From assembly GCF_964204645.1 (NCBI RefSeq), contig NC_134031.1, positions 19,165,910-19,229,909 on the forward strand: a stretch of 64,000 nt of DNA, written 5' to 3'. Shown piece after piece: positions 28,188 through 41,588 of this stretch (the stretch's first letter is position 1; each line of letters opens with the position of its first letter). The notes beneath the pieces were generated by a model. The model made no database searches and was not told the origin of the DNA. It saw nothing but the letters and a program-made list of their open reading frames with translations. Both the position numbers and the translations under genes were made by a program. Source of the stretch: Tubulanus polymorphus. Taxonomy: Eukaryota > Animalia > Nemertea.

Positions 28188-28474
28188 CCCTTTCAGTGCG
28201 TATACACCGCAGTGCAGTGTATGAATCGGTGATAGATTTTGCTAGTACACCGCACTGCGGTGTATTGGTGTAATTAGTAATTAGTTTTTATCTCTATTGA
28301 AAGATGGCAGCACCTGTCAAACATAGTGAAATATTAGTTATTAACGATACATCGCGCCGCGGCGTAGACGCACTATAGTGGTATTCCCGTGATTAACACA
28401 CTAGGGCGGAATTTTTCAAAATTTTCAAATAATTTTTAGCACTATAGGGTATTGATTAGTCAGCACTGAAAGGG
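28188..28474. mobile_element. Intact piggyBac-like MITE, 287 bp
   Basis: TTAA target duplication (28184-28187 and 28475-28478) and perfect 12-bp TIR CCCTTTCAGTGC/GCACTGAAAGGG; internal palindromes TACACCGCAGTGCAGTGTA. Confidence 0.92.
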
Positions 28475-29615
28475 TTAAGATACTTTTGATCAGTGAAATG
28501 AATGCGTTTATCATATTATTATAAAGATGTATATAATATATACATGTATGGATATGTGTGGATATACGTTAGCAATCGAGGCGTCATATTTGAAAAATTT
28601 GTATACAAGATATGAATATTACTGCATTTCCAATTAGAAAACCTTATCCTACCAATTATACTAGAGAGTCTTATAAGATTCCATATAATAACAGGGCCGC
28701 CCTACTTTATTTTTGCTGAACTAAGCCCAACTGAAATTATCCTTCCGACGGCCCTGAATAGGGTAGTTAAAAGGGAATCTATAAGGGTCTCGCACAAGGC
28801 CCACGAGATCCCCGAGACCATGCAAACATACATGCCCTGGAGAGCGTATAAAGACCTCTCACGTAATGGGTGACGGGGTAAATCTGGGGGTGATAAAAAT
28901 CGTGAAAAGTTATTCTCGATTAACACTGCCTCAGCAAAACAACAGACAAGTCTGAACCCATAATGATGTTTCGTGTGAAAAGCAATAAAGCTTCGACTAA
29001 AAACTAAACACTAAACTCCGGACCGGGTTCAATCTTAAAGACAAGTTTCAACTTCAACCTTTCATAAGTTGCAAAGTAATGGCCGAGATTCTAAACAGAT
29101 CTGAGATCAACCTAGTGGTTTAGCCAATGTAACAACTTAAGGCTAGTCTTAAGAATTAAGACCACTTCCGGCTAGAAATTCACGACAGCGCAATTTGGCC
29201 CTGGAGGTTCACTTATAGAATAAAATCTAGTTTTGAAAAAAAGGTCCATCACCATTACACGACTGAGCCCTTGACACAAATCATAAATAGATGCGACACT
29301 CAATAACTCAATACCAGCAACTTATAGCAACAAGTCTCTCTCTCTCTTGCCCTCTCTCTCTCTCTCTCTCTCTTGCTCGCTCTTTCTCTTGCTCTCTCTC
29401 CCTCTCTGGCAGGATTATATTTTCCGATAATTAATCAAATGCACTAAACACAAACCGAGCGACGAACAACTGGCGACAGCTGTGAATGTTAACTATAATT
29501 GAGCCTGATATAACACACATAACACACGCATTATATTAAATATAGTTCACATATATAAATAAAAAAAACACCTGTCCATCAAACACGACAGATGTGACAG
29601 CATTCTCAATTCATA

Positions 29616-29654
<39 letters not shown>

Positions 29655-29949
29655 TAAAAACTCTATCAAACCCACAAAAACAAATTATAGAATTAAAGAA
29701 TACCATATTGTTTTCAATCCATTCTGCATTTCTATATATATACTTGTGCAATTCTTATATTATTTATACCGGAGACAATGTGGGCAGCAATCCTATAATT
29801 AACTAATGTCCTCGGCTTTATTTTCATCAAAATCTCGATCTAATGTCCTTATCTATATCAGTAGCAATGTCAGGTTTATACCACTGCCCTTGAAAAAATG
29901 AAATATCAAAAACTAATGATTTTAGATCTCAGTCATAATATAGTTAGAA

Positions 29950-30250
29950 AATAATGATGACCCTCTCATGGCCCCAATGATTCAGTAAAATTATCATTAC
30001 TTATTAATGATGGTCTTTCTATCCTGAATAATTTCAACGATTCAGTAAAATATCAATTCTGTAAAACTATGATTAGTTATCGCTAACTACCTTCTCATTA
30101 ACAAATTATGATTAGTAACTTATGACGACCTTCTCATTCTCAACGACTTCAACAAATTCAGTAAAATCATGATTAATTACTAATGACGACCTACTCATTC
30201 TCAATGACTCCTACAAGTCAGTAAAATTATTAGTTATTACCTTCTCATTA
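29950..30250. repeat. Degenerate ~60-bp tandem repeat
   Basis: Recurrent ATTCAGTAAAAT.ATGATTA..TA..AATGACGACCT.CTCATT; a reverse monomer lies near 56970-57010. Confidence 0.65.
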
Positions 30251-32844
30251 ACTTAATATAAAACAAGGTCCTGATTCTTATCTGTAATGACAGTGAGATT
30301 TATGCATACCAACCCAGGTCAACCGGAGGCAAGCGACACATTCCACCTGGGCAACAGCCTCCAACAACCATCTTTCAACTGCCATCCCGACTCCATCCTC
30401 CAACTGCCATCCCGACACAACCACTACTGAAGGTTCCACAGGTTACACATTATAGTTTACTCAGCATGTTTGTTGCGCACATAACAGTTTGAATGTTTTA
30501 ACAGTAGACGACGAAGTCATAGTCTGTCAGGTTGACGGGTTGACGGGTTGACAGCGTGAACAACAATCCAGCAAAACAAACATTACATTTTAAAACTAAC
30601 CACCGGCGACCAGTCCATCATCAGTCCCTCTCTCTCTCTCTCTCTCTGCCCGGTGACAAACCAGCAATAAACCAGCAGTAGTCCGTAGTAAACCTGCTGA
30701 TATACAGCGCGATCAACGACCAATCAAAACGTAGAAAACAACGTGCACCGAGTAACATTGTCCGCTGCCATGGAAGCGAAATAAACCATCGTCGGTTGCC
30801 GTTGATCGCGCGATGACTCGATATTTTTACCGTAATTCGATCGGAAAATAAAAGCGGCGACAATGACGACGACTATGACGACCTATTGAAGCTTAAACAC
30901 ACCGACCACGCCCACTCCTTACAACTACAACAACCAACACTATGACTTTACTCCACGTAATTAAAGTTGACACATTCGCTTTTTCTAAATTTCATTCAAA
31001 CGCGATTAAAATGATTATTTCAAGCGTCGATGTTTGTGTAGGGGGGGTGTAAGCAGCCCTCAGCAATGAATGAATGATGGTTTAATCTTTCTTGTGTGAC
31101 CTGCCCCCTATTGATTTAGAATGGATCAAATTGACAATATTGCGTAACTGGCCATTCTCCATCTTTTTCGGCCAATCGATAGAAAACCTTTTTTCAAAAT
31201 TTTTTTCCGACACTTACTTGCGCGAATTTAACGAACAAGATAATTACGTAATTCGAGACCAGTTTTCTATTTCAAGAAATGAATTCACAGCCTACAGTAT
31301 TCACTATTAACGACTGACAAATTCAAAACTGGAAACACATAAAGCATCCGTACACGCGATGAAACGTGATACAATTAATTGAGATGCATGAAAAACAAAA
31401 CCAAAGTACATTGAAATGTGCAGCGAAACAAAGTGAAAATGTAGACATTTTCTGATATGCGTAAATAACGCTCAGAACCTTGGATAATTTAGCGACTTAA
31501 AAAATCGACGAATTTTCAGCTTTGCCAATTTGTTAAAATCTGTTAATTCGATCCTCTTCTATAATTTACGCTACGATTTCCGATTTCGACATCCGAGTGT
31601 TGTTTCATTCCCGGCAGGTATGGCGGGCGAAATAATAGTAAGTGACACACGAAATAAGCTAGAGATTATTAACAAGATAACATTTGAAATAACGTAAGGT
31701 GAATTTATAGATAATGTTATTAGGAAGTATTTGGATACTGATGACTGGCGCTCCATACCGTTTTAGGACCGATGACTTAAAGCTAATAAATTAATGCCGC
31801 GCACAAATACACACGCACACACGCGCTTAGTATTAATACTTTGTTAGTCAGAAGACCTGAACAATACAATAAAAGCACTGCTCAATTCGATGAATTCATT
31901 CATAATCGTGATATAATTATTGCATTTATTCGCACGATAACAACAACAGCGGCACGGTAACTTTGACGACAATATGCGCGCCCGATTGCAGCAGCAGCAG
32001 CAGCAGCAGCAGCGAGCGGACATCAATTATCGAGATGATCAATTAACTATTGAGAACTATAATACAATAGAGTATTTGTTGATAAGGACTTCTGCGAGTG
32101 CAGGATATTGCCAGGCAAAACTAGGAAAAAGTGTTCGTGTGGTCCTAAAGTAAGGAAAAGGTATCTCTGGGATCAAAAAGCCGCCGTTTGAAAAGATGCA
32201 ACTTCATGAGATGCAAGTTTTAACTATCGCTATCCCGACGAGGCGAGGGTCCAGATCCGGAAAAATATACCCCAGATCGGCCTGTGATATTGTTCAATGT
32301 CTAGATACCCTTGTATGCTGTTCTATAGTTTCGAGTTAAATTTGACTTTGGAATCAAAAATAAAATCATGAACGACGACCTTTATCTTTAAGGTCCCCCA
32401 TCTGAGATTCTGAACATCTGTTCCAGATTGTGAGTTCCGTAGACATTTCTCAATGTTATATCAACCACTTTGATGTGGATCAGTTAATTACATTAACAGT
32501 GAGCAGAATGAATCCGCCACCCGCCTGCCAGAACTTACACGTCTATTTTCATATGTTTCCAGGAAGGAAGCACATACCCGGAATTGTGTCTCTAGTTCCA
32601 AGGGTAACCCGAGTTACTGTCGCGGGTTCATAAAAAAATACATCGTTAATATCACCAAGAAAGATGGGATACCCTTGACAAGGTCGTGAACCAGATTTTA
32701 GTCAATTCTAAATTTAATAGCCTCCAAAACCGCATAGATCCGTGACAACAATATTGACGACACTGAATTGGGCCTGGATCAGACCGGAGTCAAATTTGGC
32801 CCATGGCTAATCAAACTTGATACTAAAATGATATCAAAACGATG

Positions 32845-33025
32845 CCGTAGCAAGTGAGGTGAATCACTTCAGAATGATTTGACCATTGCACATATTTGGC
32901 CCGGGCCCGGTCTGTGTTTTAGGTTAGCCAAATCTATCCCGTGTCAAACAGGCACAAAACCATTTGGCACCATTGTAAATGCTGAATTTGGCCGGGGTCA
33001 AAAACCCTCGAGTAATTGCGGCTTA
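32845..33025 (-). mobile_element. Dispersed MITE-like family copy
   Basis: GCAAGTGAGGTGAATCAC...TTTGGCACC...GCGGCTTA. Confidence 0.55.
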
Positions 33026-33863
33026 TATCAAAGCGAACCTCATTACAACAACAGAGCAATTGTCTCAACTAATTTCATAGGCAACAAAGGAATAAACATC
33101 CGTCAGCATGAAATATACTTGACATATCACAATCATTAGAAGCACCAATACACACACTATATACATGAACAGTGACCCGAAATTCTCAGTAACACATTTA
33201 CAAGTAATCATTTTTATTGACATACCCTAATTACATACATAGAGTTCAGGATAGAGACCGCTTTTTTGGGGTTTCTTGTTACTAAGTTAGTAGATTATTT
33301 TTTGACATCGAGAAGTTGGTCTAGGACGTAATCATAATCTAGTGTTCATAAGAACAACTCAATGAGTAAGATAGATATTTGTGACTGTCCATCTGTGTTC
33401 GGAGTTGTGACTGAAATCCAAAAGTGACCTAAGTGTTAGATCGGCAACAGAACAAAAATGAGCTGAGAGACTGGTCTAACGTTGTTAGATTGGTTGTAGA
33501 ACCAGAATGAGCTTAGACTTGTCTAATATCTGAGCCTCGATTATACAACTGGTCCTGGTAAGAATCCTCATGAATCGGGCTTTGTTAGGGAAGGAAGAAC
33601 TGCCCAAGAACATATCGACTGATAAGTACCAATATCCGACGAAACCAGTTCTCTCTTCAGTTCTGCCCTTCAAATCACCTTCAAACACGTGTAACACCAA
33701 CCGACTTACACTAACATCACAGATCTTAAAGTAGTTTTCATATTACAAAATGTTAAAGGCCATCATTCTCATCTTTAGAATTGACACGTTGTTTTTTATT
33801 CATAAATGTACAGTATTATTTCATTTGATCCGATTTACGCCTACCCCAGTACAAACACATAAT

Positions 33864-34625
33864 AGTTTAGAAACGCCCGATCCATGGTGGGGAAGGGTAA
33901 GATGACAGTTTAGAAACGCCCGATCCATGGTGGGGAGTGGGGGAGGGTACGATGACAGTTTAGAAACGCCCGATCCATGGTGGGGAGTGGGGAGGGTACG
34001 ATGACAGTTTAGAAACGCCCGATCCATGGTGGGGAGTGGGGGAGGCACAGGGTAAGATGACAGTTTAGAAACGCCTGATCCATGGTGGGGAGTGGGGAGG
34101 GTACGATGACAGTTTAGAAACGCCCGAACCATGGTGGGGAAGGGTAAGATGACAGTTTAGAAACGCCCGATCCATGGTGGGGAAGGGTAAGATGACAGTT
34201 TAGAAACGCCTGATCCATGGTGGGGAAGGGTAAGATGACAGTTTAGAAACACCTGATCCATGGTGGGGAGTGGGGGAGGGTACGATGACAGTTTAGAAAC
34301 GCCCGATCCATGGTGGGGAGTGGGGGAGGGTACAATGACAGTTTAGAAACGCCCGATCCATGGTGGGGAGTGGGGGAGGGTACAATGACAGTTTAGAAAC
34401 ACCTGATCCATGGTGGGGAGTGGGGGAGGGTACAATGACAGTTTAGAAACGCCCGATCCATGGTGGGGAGTGGGGGAGGGTACAATGACAGTTTAGAAAC
34501 GCCCGATCCATGGTGGGGAGTGGGGGAGGGTACAATGACAGTTTAGAAACGCCCGATCCATGGTGGGGAGTGGGGGAGGGTACGATGACAGTTTAGAAAC
34601 GCCCGATCCATGGTGGGGAGGGGGT
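33864..34625. repeat. G-rich 41-50 bp minisatellite, about 16 copies
   Basis: Unit TGACAGTTTAGAAACGCCCGATCCATGGTGGGGAGTGGGGGAGGGTACAA. Confidence 0.97.
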
Positions 34626-34923
34626 ACAGTCAACTCAACCTCTGCTCCATAGAAACAAATTCAAACATTAACTGGTTATTGGATAGATAGAATTTTTTTC
34701 TTCCTCCAATTACCCATGACATCACGATTCGAACATTCCTGAAAACCTGGCTGTGATACCTGGCCTAATCCCGAGTAGGCAATTTGGTGATGTCATACAT
34801 GGAAGATATGGGAGGTAGCCATCTTACAAGGAAACGACTGCCAACGGATATTTTTGACGAAACAAAAAATGTTGATTATTTATTTCAATTCACTTGAAAG
34901 TGTAAACGTAGTCTATCAATACA

Positions 34924-34958
<35 letters not shown>

Positions 34959-37213
34959 CCTCTCTCTCTCCCTCTCTCTCCCTCCCTGTCTCTCTCTGTT
35001 CAGTAAATAATCCCCTGCTGGCTAATAAAAGAGAAAGGTGTCACAAACACAGGTGTGACTCGGAATTAATGTCCCAGCTAATGACTAACTACATCAAAAT
35101 ATGGAAAAGCTGCTCTTAATCGGGTCGATTGGTTAATGTTTCAACTCATATGAACCAGGGGTCCCTCTCGTGGAATGGCCTAGTTCCACGAGTCGTAGCA
35201 ATACAAAACCGTTGTTCTGCGAAAGGCCCCCTGGTCTAAAAGATATTCGGATTTACGATGAAAACAATGTTCCCAAAGCTTCAAACGGATTAAGGTGTAG
35301 TATTCTATGGCATATTACGTTTAAGGGCAAATTCAAATGGTACTGTGTGTATGTGGCAATCCAAGATCCACCAGGTGTCACTAGTGATCGCTCGATCTTC
35401 CAGATTCAATTTCTTGAACATGCTACATTTCAGTTAAAAATCAAAGATGTGAATCAACTATTAATTTCGGTGGATCCTGTGATTAAATGTGTGGATTTTG
35501 GAGCCTAAAAGTCCTATTCAAACTTGATCGGTAACGATCGTATTTTGATAGTACAAGACCAAGCGCTCGTCACGCCATCTGGTGGAACAGCTGGTGATCA
35601 TCTTTTTCTTCAAACGACGATAATTCAAAATAGGAAATCGAAATCGCGACGAATTAATAATGCATCCGCGTCACGGGAGGCGGTTTATCTAACAGAGCGC
35701 AAAACAAGTCCAACAGCGACCACGCCAACCGTACCTGACAAAACAATAGCCGCGAATTGACTGTAGTCCGCGTTGCCCCGGTTGCCTTCACGCCAAACGG
35801 ATAAGCTAAAAAACCGATTCGTAAAATAGACAATTAATTCAGCGGTAAGAATCGGAAAACGATCGTCATTATTGTCATCTTCATCGTCATCATCATCATC
35901 ATCATCGCGTGTTCGTAAGACCACGAATACCGCGGCACCCACCTGCGACGCCGAACGCGTTTTATTCTATTGTTTCTCGCGCCAGTCGCCATGGCGAAAA
36001 ATATAAACAAACCGGGTCGAAAAACGCGAAGAACTCGTTTATCGTAAGACGACGGGTATCGGACGAGGGTTCTCGCGGCGCGCGCAGGTGAAACGAGCGT
36101 GTCGTGCGGGGCGTCGTTAAAACTTAACTCACAGTCGGAGATAAAACCACGGCGATCAATAACGATGACACGTAACCGACACGTAACCGACGACGACGAC
36201 GATATTCTATTTTTTTTTAAACCCGCACCCGCTGACCCGCTAGCTGCTCGGTTGTAAATGAAAAGAATCATAGCGTTTTAATGTTTTAATGACGATTCGC
36301 GTCGATTCTCTGAGGACCCGTCGCCGGTGTCTGATGACGAATTTTTACTACGTATTTTCGCGTCCACGCGAGAAAGAATTTAATGATATTTTCGTCGACG
36401 CCACGGTAACCAATAATTGCTTTCGAAACGGTAAAATAACGCGTTGTTTTTTCAGGCCGCGTTCCTTCATATCGACAACTTTATAACTGAAATTACTACA
36501 AAATAACACAAATTGCGTCGATAAGAAAGTTGTGAGAAACTCATACGACTCGTCAAAATCATTCTACAAGTTCAACCTTCAATCGAATATAGATTTTAAG
36601 TGAACCTCGAAACCAGCTTTCCCACCAGGTGGCATGATGAGTTTTCCCTGATTTTTTTTCTACATTTTTCCGATTCCCTTAGTTTTCTAGGTCAGTGGCG
36701 CCACCCCGATTAATACAAACACTAAAATATCAGCGTATTTTTCAATAGCCGTTGCGTTCATTTAACGAGCAATTCGCCACTTCCCCCCCCCGAAATTACA
36801 CGATAGTACGACCGAAAAAAAGAGTCGATTTTTAACGTTTCCGTTTTAGGCGCGTACAAACAACGCTGAATGAGAACGTACGGGTTCTCGTGGATCGCGC
36901 CGGATTTCAGTCCGAACGAGACTCAGCGTGAATTCTCGCGGTTCCCGAACGTCGAGCGCGCGTCACGTATGAATGCAACCGGCACAAAGCAGCCATTGAA
37001 ACCCCGCGATAAAAAAACGCCATTAAAAAATAAAAGAGATATTTGTTGAATTCATCGCGTCGTATTGTCGCAGTAGGATTTAATAGTTATTTCTACAAAT
37101 ACGTTTAAAAACCAGTTCTGTATAGCCGTGAGCATTTTTGGCCCGTGCCTAATTTGGTCCGACACAACTGTTCACACGGGTGCCAAAAATAGGTCAGTGT
37201 CCGTTTGGCCCGA

Positions 37214-37349
37214 CCAAAAACATCAAACCAGGCCCAACCCAAATTTTAGCACCGGTCAAAAGCGATTAACTTCACTTTGTTTAAGCATTAAGCATAGCTT
37301 AGTGGTTTATGGATCTTATCTATATATATATATATATATAAAGATAAGA

Positions 37350-37394
<45 letters not shown>

Positions 37395-37500
37395 ATAAGA
37401 TCCATAAACCACTAAGCTATGCTTAATGCTTAAACAAAGTGAAGTTAATCGCTTTTGACCGGTGCTAAAATTTGGGTTGGGCCTGGTTTGATGTTTTTGG
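37214..37500. repeat. Perfect inverted repeat (108-bp arms) around an (AT)n spacer
   Basis: 37214-37321 is the exact reverse complement of 37393-37500. Confidence 0.95.
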
Positions 37501-37902
37501 ATATATTGAAATGGTTATTATTAATGTTGTTCAATTCAATGTTATTCCTGTTATTCCTGTGTCACATTAATTACCGACATTCGCTGATGGCAATTTATAA
37601 CAATTGTTATATTAAATGTTGCTGTTACCGTTACACGCAATCCGTTTGTCACAGCCACTCACAAATAATAACTGTAACCTATTTATTTAAAAACTAAATC
37701 TGATACCAAAACATCATCGTTAGTAGCTGAATATTATTAGTCAATTGACGAACAACGCTATATGGTTTGAATACTAAACAATCGTCCTACACCCAAATAT
37801 AACTCACAAGGGCTGCAATAGTGGAACTCCTAAAACTACAACTCGGCTAGGTCCCGCGGTGCCAGCTGTACCGTCATGGTATAGATCTAAAACAAGTCTA
37901 AC

Positions 37903-38445
37903 ACCATCTTAGTCCCATAGCCAATCTAACAACTTGAGACCATCTTAGTCCTATAGCCAATCTAACAACTTAAGACCATCTTAGTCCTATAGCCAATCTA
38001 ACAACTTAACACCATCTTAGTCCTATAGCCAATCTAACAACTTAACACCATCTTAGTCCTATAGCCAATCTAACAACTTAAGACCATCTTAGTCCTATAG
38101 CCAATCTTACAACTTAAGACCATCTTAGTCCTATAGCCAATCTTACAACTTAAGACCATCTTAGTCCTATAGCCAATCTAACAACTTAAGACCATCTTAG
38201 TCCCATAACCAATCTAACAACTTAAGACCATCTTAGTCCTATAGCCAATCTTACAACTTAACACCATCTTAGTCCCATAGCCAATCTAACAACTTAAGAC
38301 CATCTTAGTCCTATAGCCAATCTAACAACTTAAGACCATCTTAGTCCAATAGCCAATCTAACAACTTAAGACCATCTTAGTCCTATAGCCAATCTAACAA
38401 CTTAAGACCATCTTAGTCCTATAGCCAATCTAACAACTAAAGACC
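37903..38445. repeat. 36-bp satellite, about 15 copies
   Basis: Unit ACCATCTTAGTCCTATAGCCAATCTAACAACTTAAG. Confidence 0.97.
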
Positions 38446-39635
38446 AGTCGTAAGAGTTAAGGCCACTTTTGGACTAACATAATGACATACAGCTGAACTG
38501 GGATATAAGGGCTGACCCCTGAATATGAAGCTATGTAAGTATCAGAAAATATCATCCCATTTTTAGAATATATAGCTGAAACTGGCTTTGAATTCCTGAT
38601 AGGGAGGGGTATTACTATGAAACTGTGTTCATAACATAAAGCTAAAAGATATAAAGAGGATAATTAATCCATTCAGGACCAATAAGTGAAGAGGCCTCGG
38701 GAACTTGTCATCTAGGATATGAGGTGCAGAATTACGTGAGTACAGGAAGAGGAAGTCCGGAGATACCTTGACATATATACAATAAAATCCAAACATAGAA
38801 GTTCGAAATGTTTCCTTGAGCTTCACTTCAATCCTGTAGTCAACTTCAGAAATCAACAGTTTTTTTTTCGAATTTTTCCTACTTTCAGAAATACTAAGGT
38901 TTTCTTGTTTTGATATCAACCTAATGGTCTTATTCAGGAATATATGTAAGTTTTCTTTATCATTTTTTCCATTGATATTGTGGGATGTTATCGTTTATCA
39001 CTGGATTGACTGTTTAATCAACGTTACCTTGACATGTCTTACACAGTTAGTAAAAACTAGGATTGAAGTCGGGGTTAAGTATTACTGATATCCCGCAGTG
39101 AACCCAGCCAGCCCGTAATACAGTAATACAACTGTCTTATAAAGAAGCAGGATATTACAAACGGTCACGCTGCGGATGTCGATTGTCCCGTCACCGACGA
39201 CGACGACGCAGTCAGGTTTAATGACATCAGGTGTTGCTAAGCGCCGGCCGATCATAGTAAACAGGTTTCTGATCGGTTTTAAATGAAGCTGTAGCAATTG
39301 AAACTCATTTCCTCCGTTTCACTCACCGTCCAATTCTCAAAACGAATTTACGACATCGCCTCGAATTGTAACTTTACCGGAAAAACATTCCTTTTCATTC
39401 CGTCAGTTTATTGTCTTCTGTGAAAACTCGTCAAAATTAAATATCAAGATAATCCATAAACTTCCCTTAATAACTGGATTCCATTCTAAGGACGGATGAA
39501 TCGATGACACATTTTCTTTTTTACTCTAAATATTCTGCAACAGCACCTAAATAAAGATTTAGGGCATTTTAAAGACTGGGTCTATTGAACCTCCGGTGAG
39601 GGAGGGCTTGAAACACAATCTTAGCTCGACTGCCA

Positions 39636-39738
39636 GGGGCCGGATTTAAAGACCGGTGTTAACTTTAACCCCGGAGCCAACTGAGTTAACCCTTAATCCC
39701 GCACGGTTTAAGTTAACACTATTCTATAAAACGGGCCC
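39636..39738. mobile_element. Short MITE with GGGGCC-type termini
   Basis: Imperfect TIRs GGGGCCGGATTTAAAGACCGGTGTTAACT and AGTTAACACTATTCTATAAAACGGGCCC. Confidence 0.55.
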
Positions 39739-41269
39739 TAAGGGGAAAACTTCGTAGACAGTTAAAACCCGAATTCAAGTTAACTGCAAAAACTAGCCCT
39801 AAATAAAAAAGTCCAGTCCAAAAAACAATTGAACAGGAGGAAACAATGCAACATTGTATGAATGGGGAATGAAAGGCATATATAATTAATGGCACGGTTT
39901 TTATTTTTATCTCACGCGGAGCAAACCAACTAATAATTTATGCATATTCCTCCGGGACGGTGCGAAAAAAAACGCAACCATCGCCGACCGACTGTGCGTG
40001 CATAACGATAAAAACAACCCGTTACCTAGCAACGAAAATACACACCGAGCACGCACGCACGCACGTTCAAATCATCGCCATGACAACCCGGGATGATAAT
40101 CCGCGTCTGATTGACAATGTTATTAATTTAATACGCGATAAAACGATTAAAACATCAAGTAGGGTGGCGCCACTATCCGTCCATTTACAAATCTCTGGTT
40201 TCCCTGACTTTTCCATGTTGAATACGGACTGTAATAGTCCGTAAGACATATCCGTCGAAACGAGAATCAAAATCAATCAGAAACAGAATCAATGTTTATT
40301 AGCAACGAAGCCAAAAATAAGCAGTAAAAAAAAATTCTCGGCTACGAATAAAAACATGAAAAACTAGTGACATGAAATATGATTGATCGAGAAAACTATT
40401 CATTATGAATATTCATCATATTTTATGAAAACACGTGCCAGGAGGGATGGATCTATACTGCAGTCGATCTAGATTTTCTAACCTCTGACATATAGCCTAG
40501 AGAGAAGACGATTTAATTGCGCTAAGCATTCAGAAAAGTTCAGGAAACCCTTGAAATGCTCAAGACTCCAGAGCTCTTCAAATGTAAAATGGTCCGGAAA
40601 ATGGAAGTTAAAGGTCTCGAAATGTCTGAATAATAATAATAATGACAGCAGACACGATGCACGAACTCTCGAGTTTATAAATACGATTATTCGTCTGATC
40701 TGATGATGACAATTTGAAAGAATATAACTTTGGTAAAATCAAAATACCACTGTTCGCGAGCGATTATAGTTTCAATCACAGTCACTAGATGGCAACACCA
40801 TATAGCAGTAGAATCATGCACGATATATCTATCCATCTGTATGAGGGGAGGGGGGGTTTATCCATCTGTATGAGGGGAGGGGGGTTTATATGTCTATAGA
40901 GAGGGAGGGGAGTGAACAATAAACTATACACGGTCTCTCTCTCAATTAGTAAATCAATCAATTAAAGGAACAATAATAAATCATCACGAGAAGAATAATT
41001 TCTCTGCGCTGGTAAAGCGATTATAATTAATCACATTAATTATGAAAAAAAAAAACTATTAGCAACATGTGCAAATGCAGTAGATCAGATGAGCTTGAGC
41101 TTTAAAAGATAGATCCTCCGGCAAATAGAAAAAAATTCTGCTACGACATTTTGGGCGTAGGTTTCCTACATATAAATTGTGGGTGTAATTTGAATACGGA
41201 TCAAGTTCCACTGTTTATGTGGGTTAAATTGGGACCCAGCTGGTCAACTCTGAATTCTATTTCACAAAC

Positions 41270-41383
41270 CAGGACCCAGTTCCACAGTTGTGAGTTAGAG
41301 TTAACTCTGAGTTAAAGTTAGTTCATTTTCGATGAGTAAACTCGGAGTTAAATCTTAACTCGGAACTGTGGAACTGGACCATG
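41270..41383 (-). mobile_element. 114-bp palindromic MITE
   Basis: CAGGACCCAGTTCCACAGTT...AACTGTGGAACTGGACCATG; near reverse-complement copy of 46139-46252. Confidence 0.85.
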
Positions 41384-41444
41384 CTCATACTTGAAATCAT
41401 GAAAAAATCATCTCTATTTCAGTGAAATTATTTCGTAGGCCTAC

Positions 41445-41588
41445 CTGTTTTTCACGTTTGAATTTCAAGAATGATTTTTGAAGGCTCTTTTTCTTTGAAG
41501 CGCCGCTTTTAAAATCGATCACAAACGCTTCAGCTCCCAGTTGTTTCTCCGCTGACGTAGTTTCTCTTTTTTGCAATTCTTCGTCCAT
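41445..41588 (-). CDS. Probable coding exon 1 of the NlpC/P60-like gene
   Basis: Acceptor TTTCTTGCAG (exon starts 41595), ATG at 41588 in AAACATGG context, 48 codons MDEELQKRETTSAEKQLGAEAFVIDFKSGASKKKSLQKSFLKFKREKQ, donor CAG/GTAGG phase 0, compatible with phase-0 exon 5346 and giving a continuous charged helix. The link across 36 kb is inferred. Confidence 0.65.
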
